Source: Callorhinchus milii (Eukaryota). From it: 64,000 bases of DNA. The position numbers were made by a program, and so were the translations under genes. Positions 36,521 through 48,589 of this stretch are shown one piece after another (within the stretch, counting starts at the first letter, position 1; every line of letters starts with the position of its first letter). Location of the stretch: the NCBI RefSeq assembly GCF_018977255.1, contig NW_024705144.1:1-64000 (forward strand). Reading direction: 5' to 3'. The notes under the pieces were generated by a model. That model ran no database searches. It worked only from the letters and a program-made list of their open reading frames with translations, and was not told where the DNA came from.

Positions 36521-36819
36521 ATTGTCTCTCTCTCCCTCCCTCCCTCCCTCTATCTCTCCCTCCCTTTATCTCTCTCTCTCCCTCCTCTCGCTCCTTCCCT
36601 CCATCTCTCTCTCCCTCCCTCCATTGCTCTCTCCCTCCCTCCATCACTCCCTCCCTCCCTTCATTGCTCTCTCCCTCTATCTCTCTCTCCCTCCCCCCAC
36701 CTCTCCCTCCCACCATCTCTCCCTCCATCTCCCTGATCCGGGATTTATTGAGTCAAATTCACCTCCTTCTCTGTCGATCTCTCGTTCTATTTCTCTACCT
36801 GTGAGCCAGGAGCTAAAAA

Positions 36820-37230
36820 TCATACAATCATAGCATGACACAGCACAGAAGGAGGCCATTCGGCCCATCGTGTCGGTCTTTGAAAAGAGCCATAGCCCGT
36901 AGCCCTGCAAACTTGTCCTCCCCAAATAATTATCTACTTCTCTCTTAAACGTTATGACTGAATCGGCTTCCGCCGGCCTTTCAGGCAATGATTCCAGATC
37001 CCAACAACTCTCTGTGTGAAAGCATTTCTCCTCCCGCCCCTCCCGTTTCTTTTAACAACTATTTTAAATTGTTGCCCTCGGGTTCCCGACCCGCCCGCCA
37101 GTGGGAATAGTTTCTCCCTGTTCGTCCTATCGAATCCCCTCATCATTTTGAAAACTTCTATTAACTCTCCTCTTAACCTTCTCTGCTCCGCAAGGAGAAT
37201 AATCCCGGCTTCTCCATCCTTTCCTAAAGC
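36820..37230 (-). mobile_element. CR1 LINE 3' fragment inside the U12 intron
   Basis: MRGFDRTNREKLFPLAGGSGTRG...FTQRVVGIWN. Confidence 0.8.
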
Positions 37231-37663
37231 GAAATATTTATCTGCTTCTCTCTCTCTCCCACACTCCCTCTCTCGCTCTCAGTTTCTCGCTCCCTCATTC
37301 TCTCACTCCCTCTCTCGCTCTCAGTCTCTCGCTCTCAGTCTCTCACTCCCTCATTCTCTCACTCGCTCTCTCGCTCTCAGTCTCTCGCTCTCAGTCTCTC
37401 GCTCTCACTCTCTCACTCTCTCTCTCGCTCTCAGTCTCTCGCTCCCTCACTCTCTCGCTCTCAGTTTCTCGCTCCCTCATTCTCTCACTCCCTCTCTCGC
37501 TCTCAGTCTCTCACTCCCTCACTCTCTCACTCCCTCTCTCGCTCTCATTCTCTCGCTCCCTCACTCTCTCACTCGCTCTCAGTCTCTCTCCCTCATTCTC
37601 TCATTTCTTCTCTCGCTCTCAGTCTCTCTCCCTCACTCTCTCACTCCCTCACTCAGAGGATAT

Positions 37664-37742
37664 GAAGAACAAGAATCTTGGGGAATCTGTGTATTGTTAA
37701 TTTCTTTGTACTTTGCTTCCTCTGCCGGCAGCGATCACACGT
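37664..37742 (-). CDS. USP21: USP21-like exon 9 (TCDRCRQRKQSTKKLTIHRFPKILVL)
   Basis: AG acceptor, second CxxC; ends at an ATATCCTCT U12-type donor. Confidence 0.92.
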
Positions 37743-38014
37743 CTAAAGAGAGAGAGTATGTGAGAGAGAAAGAGACTCAGAGAGAAAGAGACTGAGGAAG
37801 AGACACAGAGAGAGAGACTGAGAGAGAGACTGAGGGAGAGAGAGACTGAGGGAGAGACACTGAGAGAGAGACAGAGAGAGGCAAAAATAGTGAGAGTGAG
37901 AGAGACGGAGAGAGGAGAGACTGAGAGAGACACAGTGAGAGAGAGAGAGAGAGAGAGAAAGAGAGGGACGAAGATAGTGAGAGTGAGAGAAACGGGAGAG
38001 AGAGAGAGACTGAC

Positions 38015-38098
38015 CGACTCATTATCTGAATCCAACTCCTGACGGGTGAAGAGATGAAAACAGTCCGTGAGAGAGATTTTACTCAAATCTGAAGGTTT
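38015..38098 (-). CDS. USP21: USP21-like exon 8 (KPSDLSKISLTDCFHLFTRQELDSDNES)
   Basis: AG/GT bounded, 84 nt, phase 0. Confidence 0.9.
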
Positions 38099-38490
38099 CT
38101 GTAACTTAATGANNNNNNNNNNNNNNNNNNNNNNNNNNNNNNNNNNNNNNNNNNNNNNNNNNNNNNNNNNNNNNNNNNNNNNNNNNNNNNNNNNNNNNNN
38201 NNNNNNNNNNNNNNNNNNNNNNNNNNNNNNNNNNNNNNNNNNNNNNNNNNNNNNNNNNNNNNNNNNNNNNNNNNNNNNNNNNNNNNNNNNNNNNNNNNNN
38301 NNNNNNNNNNNNNNNNNNNNNNNNNNNNNNNNNNNGTATGTGTGACTGTGTCTGTGTGTTGTGTGTGAGTGTGTGACAGTGTTTGTGTATGTCTGTGTGT
38401 GAATGTTTATTGTCTGTGTGTGAGTTGAGTGTGACTGACTGTGTCTATGTGTATTTGTGTCTGTGTGTGAGTGAGTGTGAATGTGTTTAC

Positions 38491-38594
38491 CTTAGGAATG
38501 GGCAGAGACAGATCGGAAAATACTTTGAACTTAGTTGATTTATTCCCACAAGCGAAACATCGTAAACTACTTTTTAATTGTCCGACAAAGAGAT
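38491..38594 (-). CDS. USP21: USP21-like exon 7 ([16 protein letters not shown]...DLSLPIPK)
   Basis: AG/GT bounded, 104 nt, first CxxC of the finger domain. Confidence 0.95.
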
Positions 38595-38842
38595 CTGAGA
38601 GAGAGAGAGAGTGAGAGAGCTTTACTATCTCTCTAACTAACCCTCACCTGGAAGTGTGGACACACAGTGTAGAGGGAATATTGTTGTGTCTCTAACCCTG
38701 ACCTGAGAGTGTGGACGGACGCACAGTGTAGAGGAGCTTTACTGTTATTGTAAAGTGAATTGACTGTATATTTACTGTGTCTCTAACCCTAACTCAGGAG
38801 TGTAGATGCACAGTGTAGCGGGAGCGGTATTGTCTCTCTCAC

Positions 38843-38907
38843 CAACAATTTTGCTGTTGTCAGTCTCTGAGTATTGTTTCCACAGCTCAATTGACTTTTC
38901 ATCATCA
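38843..38907 (-). CDS. USP21: USP21-like exon 6 (DDEKSIELWKQYSETDNSKIV)
   Basis: AG/GT bounded, 65 nt. Matches DDDRANLMWKRYLEREDSKIV. Confidence 0.92.
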
Positions 38908-39164
38908 CTAGAAGAAGACAGATGAGGTGTGATAGGGGCGAAGGAAGAGAGAGAGAGCGATGCAGGATGATTACGAGAATGTGAGAGAGGGATAGAGAGG
39001 TGGATGAAAAGAGTGTGAGAGGGACAGAGCAAGAGAGAGATGGAGAGTGTGATAGAGTGTGGAGGGAGAGAGAGACAGTGAGATGGAGAGAGTGAGAGTG
39101 CAGAGGTAGAGAGAGAGGGATGGAGAGAGCATGAGGGAGACGGAGCGAGAGAGAGAGAGATGAC

Positions 39165-39302
39165 CTGAGTCTCTCTAGTCCCTCTGCTGTCAGCCGTCTG
39201 CGCAACTCCCAAACAATATCTGGAGTTTTGTGTCGTTTGCGATTGATTTCAGTGTGAAGTCCCTCCATCAGCAGGCTCAAAAACTCCTGGGCGTCCTGCT
39301 GG
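39165..39302 (-). CDS. USP21: USP21-like exon 5 (QQDAQEFLSLLMEGLHTEINR...)
   Basis: QQDAQEF box; AG/GT bounded, 138 nt. Confidence 0.94.
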
Positions 39303-39304
39303 CT

Positions 39305-41600
39305 AGAGAGAGGGAACGAGAGAGCAGAGAGAGCGAGATATTGAGAGAGAGATTCAGAGACGGAGACAGAGAGAGAGACTGAGAGAGAGAGAGAGAGAGG
39401 GAGACAGAGAGAGAGATTGGGAGAGAGAAAGACCGAGAGAGACAGTGACTGGGAGAGAGATTGGGAGAGGGAGAGATAGGCAGAGAGAGAGAGGGAGAGA
39501 TAAACAGACTGAAAGAGAGTAGAGACTGACAGAAAGAGAGACTGCGAGACAGATTGAGACTGAGAGAAAGACTGGGAAAGAAGAGAGTGAGGGACAGAGA
39601 GCGAGAGAGACTGGGAGAGAGAGAAAAAGACTGCGAGGGAGAGAGAGAGAGAAAAAGACAGAGAGAGATAGACTGAGAGAGAGAGAGAGAGAGAGGGAGG
39701 GAGAGACACTGACAGAAATAGAAACTGAGAAAGAGGGATAGAGAGAGAAAGAGAGAGACTGAGAGACATGTGTGCATGCGACCGCCAGGAAGATGGAAGG
39801 CTTTTTTCATCTAGCATTTCTTATGAGAGAGAAAGACTGAGAGTGACAGAGACTGAAAGAGAGAGAGAGAGGGAGAGAGAGAGACTGCGGGAGAAAGAGA
39901 GAGAGAGAAAAAATATTGGGAGGGAGAGAATGAGAGAGACAGACAGACAGACAGACAGAGAGAGAGAGAAACGAGATTGCAGGAAAGAGGCAGAAAACAA
40001 GACAAAGAGCAAGTGAAGAGAGAAAGAAAGAGAGCGAAAGAGCGATGGAGAGTGAGAGAAAGAGACACAACCGAGAAAGAGTGAGCGAGATCCAGAGAAA
40101 AGGTGAAAAAGAGAGAGAGAACTGGAGAAAGAGAAAGGAGAAAGAGATGGCGAGAACTGGAGAAAGAGAAGGAGAGAAAGAGGACAACAGAGAGAGACAG
40201 AAAACGAGCGAAAGAGAGAATAAGCACAGTACAAGAGTTGGAGTAAGAGAGACAACGAAAGAGCATGAAAGAGAGAGAGAGAGATAGAGAACGACAGAGA
40301 AAGACCCACTGCTGCACTCACTGATCTGAGAGAGAGAGAGAGTGCACGGGAGAGAACAAGAGAGAAAAAAAATTAGAAAACCAGAGACAGAGGGAGAAAG
40401 AGAAGGATAAACAGAGAGATTGAGAGAAAGAATGACAGAGAAAGAGAGGTTAGAGATGGAGAGAGCCTCCCTCCAGCGGTCACTGACCTGAGAGAGAGTG
40501 GAACACACTGAGAGAGATAGAGGGAGAAGGGGTGGGGAAAAGAGATACGGAGCATTGGATAGAGAGAGAGAGAGAGACAGAGAGATGGGGGGGAGAGAGA
40601 GAACATGGGATAGAGAGAAAGAGAGCAAGAGAGAGAGAGGGGGACACAGAGAGGGTTGGAGAAAGAGAGAGGGATAGAGAGAGAAAGTGGGAGGGATAGA
40701 GAGATACAGAAAGAGAGGGAGAGAGAGGGGGAGGGCAAGAGAGAGTGAAGAGAGGGATAAAGAGAGATAGAGAAGGATAGAGAGAGACCCTCTCTGGCAC
40801 TCACTGACAACAACAACAACAATTTGCACTTATATAGCGTCCTCTACGCATGGTAGCGTCTCAGAGCGCTTAACAGTGGTGGGCACTGACCTGAGAGAGA
40901 GGGATAGAGAGAGAAAGATGGTGAACGAAGGATAGAGAGGCAGCCTCCCTTCAGCATTCACTGGCCTGAGAGAGGGGTGGGACAGAGAGGGGGAGAGGAG
41001 GGATAGACAGAGAGAGAGGGAGAACAAGAGAGAGAAGGATAGATAGAGGGGGAGAACGAGAGAGAGAGAGAGAGAGGGAGAATGAAAGAGAGAGGGAGAA
41101 CGAGAGAGAGAAGGAGACAGAGGGAGAACGAGAGAGAGAAGTAGACAGAGGGAGAACGAGAGAGAGGGAGAATGAGAGAGTGAAGGATAGAGAGGGTGGG
41201 AGAACTAGAGAGAGAAGATAGACGGAGTGAGAGGGAGAACGAGAAGGATAGAGAGAGGGGGAGAATGAGAGAGTGAAGGATAGAGAGAGGGGGAGAATGA
41301 GAGAGTGAAGGATAGAGACTGTGGGAGAACTAGAGAGAGAAGATAGACGGAGTGAGAGGGAGAACGAGAGAGAGAAGGATAGAGAGAGGGGGAGAATGAG
41401 AGAGTGAAGGATAGACAGCAAGAAAGGGAGAACGAGAGAGAGAGAAGGAGATAGAGAGAGAGAGCCTCACTGACCCGAAGAAAGAGAACGCCAGAGAGAG
41501 AAAACAAGTGAGAAGGATAGAGACAGGCAGAGACAGAGAGGGAAAGAGAGAGAGACAGAGAGGGAAAGAGTAGGATAGAGAGAGAGAGAGAGTCTCACTG
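39305..41600. repeat. GA/CT low-complexity tracts filling USP21-like introns (also 37250-37650, 37750-38010, 43230-43570)
   Basis: Near-pure polypurine on +; these tracts produce the S/L-rich spurious ORFs. Confidence 0.9.
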
Positions 41601-41602
41601 AC

Positions 41603-41714
41603 CTGAAACTGTTGAAGTGAGGAACGCGTTTGTGAAAAACAGCCAAAAAGTTACTGGGAGTCACGGGGTCCGAATTGTGAGGGTCCCAGAGACACACCAG
41701 GAGGTCAGAGAATG
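41603..41714 (-). CDS. USP21: USP21-like exon 4 (AFSDLLVCLWDPH...PHFNSF)
   Basis: AG/GT bounded, 112 nt, phases consistent with both neighbours. Confidence 0.92.
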
Positions 41715-42234
41715 CTGTGAGAGAGAGAGTGAATGTGTGTGTGAAAGAGTGTGAAATTGAGAGTCTGAGTGTGTGCGAAAGAGTGTGTGTGAGAGAGAGA
41801 GTGTGAGAGAGAGAGAGATTGAGAGTGTGTGAAAGAGGGTGNNNNNNNNNNNNNNNNNNNNNNNNNNNNNNNNNNNNNNNNNNNNNNNNNNNNNNNNNNN
41901 NNNNNNNNNNNNNNNNNNNNNNNNNNNNNNNNNNNNNNNNNNNNNNNNNNNNNNNNNNNNNNNNNNNNNNNAGATTGTGAGAGTGAGTATGTGAGAGATT
42001 GTGAGTGCGAGAGTGTGCGAGAGAGCGAGTACGTGTGAGAGAGGGTGAGAAAGAGAAAGTGTGTGAGAGAGGGAGAGAGGTTGTGAGAGTGTGAGTGTGT
42101 GAGGACGTGTGTATGAGTATGAGAGAGCGGGAGTGTGTGCGAGAGAGAGCGAGAGAGTGTGAGTGTGTGTGAGTGAGGGTGAAAGAGAAAGAGACAGAGC
42201 GAAAGAGTGTGATAGCAAGTGTTCGAAAGAGAGC

Positions 42235-42268
<34 letters not shown>

Positions 42269-42574
42269 CAGCGTGAGTGTGTGAGTGTGTGCACTTCTCT
42301 TTCTTCCTCCCTCTGTGTCTCTCTGAGTCGCACTCTCACACACTCTCACCCACACTCTCTCAAAAAAAAGGCACGTACACGCTCTCTCAGTCTCTCTCTC
42401 TTTCTCTCACACTCTTACACTCTCTTGCCTTTTACACACACACTCCGTCACACCCTCTCTCAAACACCCGGCGCTCCCACACATCCGTCTCTTACACGCG
42501 CACTCTCTCTCACACACTCTCTCTCTCGCTCTCTCTGTCTCACATTCTGTCACTCTCTCTCTCTCTCTGGTTAC

Positions 42575-42698
42575 CCTCTATCAGGTCGCTGTGAGTCACA
42601 GCGTTCTGGGTCACATCACTGCGATATTCTCCTCGTAAGCAATATTCCTTCAGGGGCAGCGTGTGACTGAGACACTGAATGACAGCGTTTATAAAGCA
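42575..42698 (-). CDS. USP21: USP21-like exon 3 (catalytic Cys; CFINAVIQCLSHT...)
   Basis: AG/GT bounded, 124 nt. Matches CFLNAVLQCLSSTRPLRDFC. Confidence 0.94.
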
Positions 42699-42884
42699 CT
42701 GTCAATAACAAACCAGTAATCAATAATCAACGCCACAGCGCCCCTCGCACCGCACGCAAATCTCAGAGCTTCACAACACCTCGCACTCACTCACACACAC
42801 AGCACCTCGCCCTGTCTCTACAACAACAAATTGCACATATATAGCTCCATCCACGCAGGGTAACATCTCAGAGCGCTTCAAAGA

Positions 42885-43045
42885 GTGTCTCTAACCCTGA
42901 CCTGGGAGTGTGGACGGACGCACAGTGTAGAGGAGCTTTACTGTGTCTCTAACCCTGACCCGGGAGTGTGGACTGACGCCCAATGTAGAGGAGCTTTACT
43001 GTGTCTCTAACCCTGACCTGGGAGTGTGGACGGACGCACAGTGTT
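42885..43045. repeat. 58-bp tandem repeat (about 3 units); related copies at about 38620-38820 and 33835-33990
   Basis: GTGTCTCTAACCCTGACC starts at 42885, 42943 and 43001. Confidence 0.8.
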
Positions 43046-43148
43046 TTACCGCACGCACATCTCAGAGATTCACAACACCTCGCGCTCACACAGCGGGGGA
43101 GAGAAAGAAAGGAAGAAAAAGAGAGGAAAGAGGGAGAGAAAAGCTCAC

Positions 43149-43202
43149 TGTGTTTCCTAAATTTATAAGTCCAACGTGGCCGCTTCCTACAACCAAATTA
43201 TC
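43149..43202 (-). CDS. USP21: USP21-like exon 2 (DNLVVGSGHVGLINLGNT)
   Basis: AG/GT bounded, 54 nt. Matches the USP21 Cys-box start LGSGHVGLRNLGNT. Confidence 0.93.
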
Positions 43203-43575
43203 CTAAAAAATAATGAGAGAAAATTAACAAAGTCTCTCTCTTTCTCTCTCTCTCAGTCTCTCTTTCAGTCTCTCGATCTCTCAGTCTCTCTTTCTCAGTC
43301 TCTCTTTCTTTCAGTCCCTCTCCCGCAGTCTCTCTCCCTCAGTCTCTCTCTGTCTCTCTCAGTCTCTCAATCGCCTTCTGTTTCTCCCAGTCTCTCTCTT
43401 TCAGTCTCTGTTAGTCTCTCTTTCTCAGTTTCTCTCTCTTTCAGTCTCTCGCTCTCTCTGTCTCTCTCTCCCTCAACCTCTCTCTCTCAATCTCTCAGTC
43501 TCTCTTTCAGTCTCTCAATCTCCGTCTCTCTCAGCCTCTCACCTTCCCTCCCTTCCCTCTCCCTCTCCTTTTCAC

Positions 43576-44217
43576 CGTGTTGATGGAGGCAGTGAGCGAG
43601 TTCAGTTGATGTTTCCTCCCGGGGGGCAGTTCCTGGCTTGACGTCTGGCTGTTGGTTTGACCAGAGCGCTGTGACCTCCCCTCCCTCAGACACCCCTGGT
43701 GCTGCTGCAGGTCCCGGATTTTGGAGCAGGACTCGGAGAGGAGAAGAGAAGGTATTCTCATCTCACTGAGAGCCTTCCCCAACCTGCCCTCGGAGCCGTC
43801 TCTGAGCCGCTGCCTCGGCTTGTCATGAGTTGTACGTCCTGCAGGCCTGGGGGGGTTGTGTCTGGTGGCCAGGCTTCTTTCTTCTGGCCTCTTTTCCTGG
43901 CTTCCCTCAAGCTCAGGCCCCAGGTTTCCCCCTGCCGTTAGGCCTGGTCTAGTGTAAACACTGCCCCCAAGACCTGCCTGTCGGTCTGACCTTGTAGTTA
44001 GGGTTCCCCCAGGACCTGGCACGAACCCTTGCCTCGTCAGTCCCCCCGAAGCCTGAGCCACAGACCCCTTGGGTGGTCTGGAGGGCCAGTGGAGGTCTGG
44101 GGGCCCTAATGGCCCCCGCGGGTCCGGCAGTGCGGTCACAGTAGCCAACGTGGTACGTCTGGATCCGTGAGGTTGAGGGCTGGGGGTGTTCAAGGCCAGG
44201 AGAGAGTGAGGGAGCAT
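43576..44217 (-). CDS. USP21: USP21-like coding exon 1 (214-codon low-complexity N-terminus)
   Basis: Open frame from ATG at 44217, acceptor ccgcAG 20 nt upstream, phase-0 donor GTGAAA. A large Pro/Gly/Arg-rich first coding exon as in USP21. An upstream coding exon cannot be excluded. Confidence 0.75.
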
Positions 44218-45054
44218 CGGGTGGGCGGGGGGGCAGTCTGCGGAGAGAGAGACAATAGAGTGTGTTGAGTGTGAGAGAATAGAGTGTTTGTGAGAGAGCG
44301 TAAGACAGTAGAGTGAGTGTGTGTGACAGAGAGAGTGAGTGAGTGTGAGAGAGGGTGAAAGGGAGTGTGAGGAGAGTGTGAAAGAGACAATGGATGAAAT
44401 GAGAGAGAGAGAGACGGAGTTTGTGAAAGAGAATGTGTGAGTAGATTGAAAGAGAGAGATAAGAGAGAGTGAAAGGAAGCCAGAGACAGTCTGTGAAAAA
44501 GAGAGTGAAAGAGTGTGTGTGAAAGAAAGACCGACGGACAGAGTGTGTGAAAAAGAGAGCAGGACTCACATCAATGAATAGATACGGCGGTATATCAAAT
44601 ACTAGGATTATTATATTATAAATCTCTCTCACGCTCACACTGTCCATTTCTCTCTTACACACTCACACTTTTGCCAACTCTCTCACGCTCACACTTTCTC
44701 TCGCACACACTCTCCTCTCTCTCTCACATGCTCTCACACTCTCCTTGTCTTGCTCTCTCACACTCTCCATCTCTCACGCACCTCTCACCCTCTCCATCTC
44801 GCTCTAATCACTCTCTGTCCCTCTTTCTCTCTCACACGCTCTCATACTCACACGCGCTCTCTCTCTGATCCTTCCATGCTCTCACACAAAATAAATATTG
44901 CCACACTTCGCCCACAATCACAAGTCACCATCTCAAAACCCCTCATTATTTTGAATTAACCTGTATTAAATCTCCCCTGAAACTTCTCCGCTTTAAAGAG
45001 AGTAATCGCAGCGTCTCTAGTCTGTCTACGTGATATGTTTTGGGGATGTTTTGT

Positions 45055-45360
45055 TGGAGCCCTGTAGCTCAGTGGTTGGAGCACTCGCCTCGCGAGCAAG
45101 AGGACCCCGGTTTGATTCCCGGGCAGGACAAGACCTCACTCCACACACGCCTCTGTTTACCAGCAATCAGTAGGAACCCGCTTGTTAGTTGATTGGGGGA
45201 TCGCTTTCCGGAGGGAATAGCCTCTTAAAGAAAAATTGGTCACTCCATCCATGACTGTTTGTGGGACACTGCTGTGCATAATTGGCTGCTGCGTTTTGCC
45301 CATAAAAATATACAGTCACTACACTTTACAGTGTATCCTGTGAAGCACTTTGAAATACCC
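45055..45360 (+). mobile_element. tRNA-derived SINE
   Basis: Same family. Confidence 0.8.
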
Positions 45361-45939
45361 CGAAACTCTTTTCCCCAAACCCGAGACTTGGTTACCCGGT
45401 AATTAGCACTAACCACTTACCTGACCTGTGGCAATCTGTCGGATTAGTGAGCCTGGCCGGGGAACGTCACCTGATTAACAGAGCCTTGGTTAAAAACGTC
45501 ACCATCACTGGCCTTAACTAATGACAGTAACCAGAGTTGATTACTCACAGTAACCAGCAATAACTAGTGACAGTATCCAGTGTTAACTAGTGACAGTATC
45601 CAGCATTGCCTCCTGACAATAAGTAACAATGGCTGGTGACCACGAGGAATATTTACTATAATTAACTAGCCATGGAGATCAAGGTTAACCCGCCACTAAC
45701 TAACCAGCCACAGTGACCTTGCTCAGCTGGGGAGGAGCCAGTTACAGTAATTCATGGCTAACCAACAGCTGGATTAAACTTTAACCACCCTAACTAATGC
45801 AAGCTAACTGGTTACTTCTCTCCCTGCTCGGTCTATCCAGCTGTTAACCTGGTTTTAAACCCGGTTTTCCCTTTTTTTAATGAAGTTTTCACCAAAACAT
45901 TGTCATTTTTTTAAAAGGATTTGTTTTTGGAGGGAAACC

Positions 45940-46110
45940 GGGTCACGTGCCGGGGCTCCCCCCCCTGTGTGACGTCAGCATGCTGGGGCTGCCCTTTTGT
46001 GACGTCAGCGCGCCTGCGTAGGGGGGGCGGGAACCGGCTGACGTCACCGGAGGGGGCGGGGCTCTGGTTAAAGGGAAGGTGCGGAGAGCGAAGGGGAGGG
46101 GGCGGGGTGT
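45940..46110 (-). promoter_or_regulatory. GC-rich promoter of the USP21-like gene
   Basis: TGACGTCA at 45970, 46000 and 46039, GTCACGTG at 45942-45949, several GGGGCGGG boxes and CpG enrichment. A consensus - strand donor CAG|GTAAGT at 45421 suggests a non-coding first exon. Confidence 0.7.
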
Positions 46111-48589
46111 GTTTGGCCGACAAATAATAACAAATTTTTTTTTGCTCTCTGCGTACTTTATTTACGATTTATTTTTGTTTGTTTGCCAACTAACACACAC
46201 TGACAACTCCCAGGTTTTGCTGAGAAAATGACGTTTAATCCACGTTTTTTTAAATGTTGCAGGAAAAGTATCGTTTAATCCGTGTTTTTTTTTACACTTA
46301 TTTCAGAAACTGACTGTTTTTCGAGTTACATAAAATTAATAAGATGACCGGTCGTATATCTGACAGTGTTCTGACAATAATCCTTACATTTAACAGAGCG
46401 CCATATTACGTCGCTTGGATGTCTCGAAGCTCGTCACAGAATGTACCGTAAACAACAACAACAAGATTCCATTTATAGAGCGCCTTTCACGTCGGGAGGA
46501 CGTCCCGAGGCGCTGGAAAGTTGGGGCAGGACCCGAGCATTGGGGGGGAAAATGGTCAGGGTGAGGGGAGGGAAGGGAGGGGGCAAGGAGGGGGTAGAGA
46601 GTTGAGAGGGGAGCTGAAGGCATGGTCAAAGAGAAAGGTCTTGAGACCGGCCTTGAAGGAGGAAAGGGAGGGAGATAGACAGAGAGAGAGAGACGGGGTG
46701 GATGGGTGGTTGGGGATAGAGGGACAGAGAGAGAAACAGGCAGAAAGAGAGAGACAAAACACAATATACTGCAGATGCTGGAATCCGAAACAAAAACAGA
46801 AAGATCTGGGAAAGCTCAGCAGGTCGGGCAGCATCTACGGAGAAAGCAAAGTGAGTCAACGTTTCGGACCCACGACCCTTCGTCAGAACTTCGTCGGTGG
46901 GGTTTGGGGGCTATGGATCTTGTTATATAAAGTATAATAATATAATATAAACTATAAATAAGTATAATAATACTGAAATCTACATTCCATATTGGATCCT
47001 TTGTTTGCAAGCACAGCTGCAACAGGTACAGCTCGTCTACATATATATGTATTACGTTGTATTTATATAATAATAATCCTTGCATTTGACACAGCGCCTG
47101 ATCACGTCTTAGAGACGTCTCAAAGCGCTTCACAGAATATAATTATTGTAAAGTGAATTGACTATATTTTGAGGGCGAAACCCAGCAGCCAATTGCGCTC
47201 AGCGACGTCCCCACAAACAGACGCGGATTGAAGTGACCGACCGATTTGTTATTTTTTTTTCTTGAGGGATTATTATCAGACGTGTGTGTGTACGTGTGCG
47301 TGTGCGTGTGTGGCATAAGGTAACTTGCCCAAGGTTTCGCCTGACCTGGACAAGTTTCCTTATTCCACAAACACACACACATGCCTCTGTTTACCCAGAA
47401 GTTAGCAGGAAACCCGGTTGTTAAGTCGATTGGCGGACGGCTTTTCCGGGGGTAATAATCCCTTCCAAAAAAAATAATAATAATTTGGTCACTCAATCCA
47501 CATGGGACGCTGCCGGGCGCAATTGGCTGCCAGTTCGCACACAAAATATGCTATCAATTCGCTTCACAGTAAATTATTGTTATTGCGTTTGATATAGCGC
47601 TTTTCACGTCTTCTAGACATTACAACAAACTCCTCCTGAATTATTCCTTTATCCTCGTAGATCATTCAATGATCACTCCTCTATTCTGTTGCCCCAATTA
47701 TTCTTTCCGATGTGAAGGGCCGTCTACAGGTGTAAGTTGTTTCGCTGTTATGAACAGCTCTCGGACAATTTAGTGTTTCCAATTCCCGCCCAATGGTCCG
47801 ATGGTGGGATTGGGGCCACTTTCCTCGGTGTGATCATTCGAATCAAGGCCCCCGTTCCCAGCTTTAAATCCCTCCACAGCCCGACCCACCCTCCCTACCT
47901 CTGCGACCACCTCAAACGCTACCTTCCTGCCTGCTTCCCCTCTTCAGTGCCTCAGCCGTTGGCTGTTTGTCGCCTGCTCTATCCCCCCGTTTGCGGTGCG
48001 TGGCTGTGCAGACATTGCCTTCCACGTACGCCCGCCAAACGCACAGTCACTACTTTACAGTCAGTTGTGTGAAGCCCTTGGAGGCGTCCTCCTGACCTGA
48101 AAGCCACTGCGCCAAATAGAAAGATATCAGGGTTATCCGCTGTTGGCTGTTGGGATTTCAGCCATTCTGCCCTCGCTCTCCGGAACTCCATCCCAGAGTC
48201 CCTCCATCTCATCCCCTCCACCCCAATGTCCCTCCACCTCATCCCCTCCATCCGAGAGTCCCTCCACTTTATCCCCTCCATCCTTCCCTCTGACTCGCTC
48301 CCTCCCTCCCCATGCACAAACTCTCCTCTTTCACCATGTATTAGGTTACAATAGTAATTCTTGCATTTGACTCAGCGCCTTATCACGTCTTCGAGACGTC
48401 TCAAAAGCGCTTCACAGAATAGACTGGAAAGTGAATTGACTGTGGATTTTATGGACCGTATATACCTTTCACCTCCCCACCCTCTTCGGCTCCCACCCCA
48501 GCTCGTTTCCCAGCCATCATTACAAAGCAAGTTGAGATGCCGACCGGCACTGTAACGTTGACAATTGCACTGTATTGTAATCATGGAAA

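Noticed and set aside
39765-39830. Unique 60-bp island within CT repeats as an extra USP exon
   Set aside because: No good splice sites, and exons 4 and 5 already join in frame with no missing residues.
42885-43045. CACAGTG inside the 58-bp repeat as RSS
   Set aside because: No nonamer at 12 or 23 bp.
37016-44960. Many long S/L- or E/R-rich ORFs (up to 342 aa)
   Set aside because: They are translations of CT/GA/CA repeats; only the short embedded USP exons are real.
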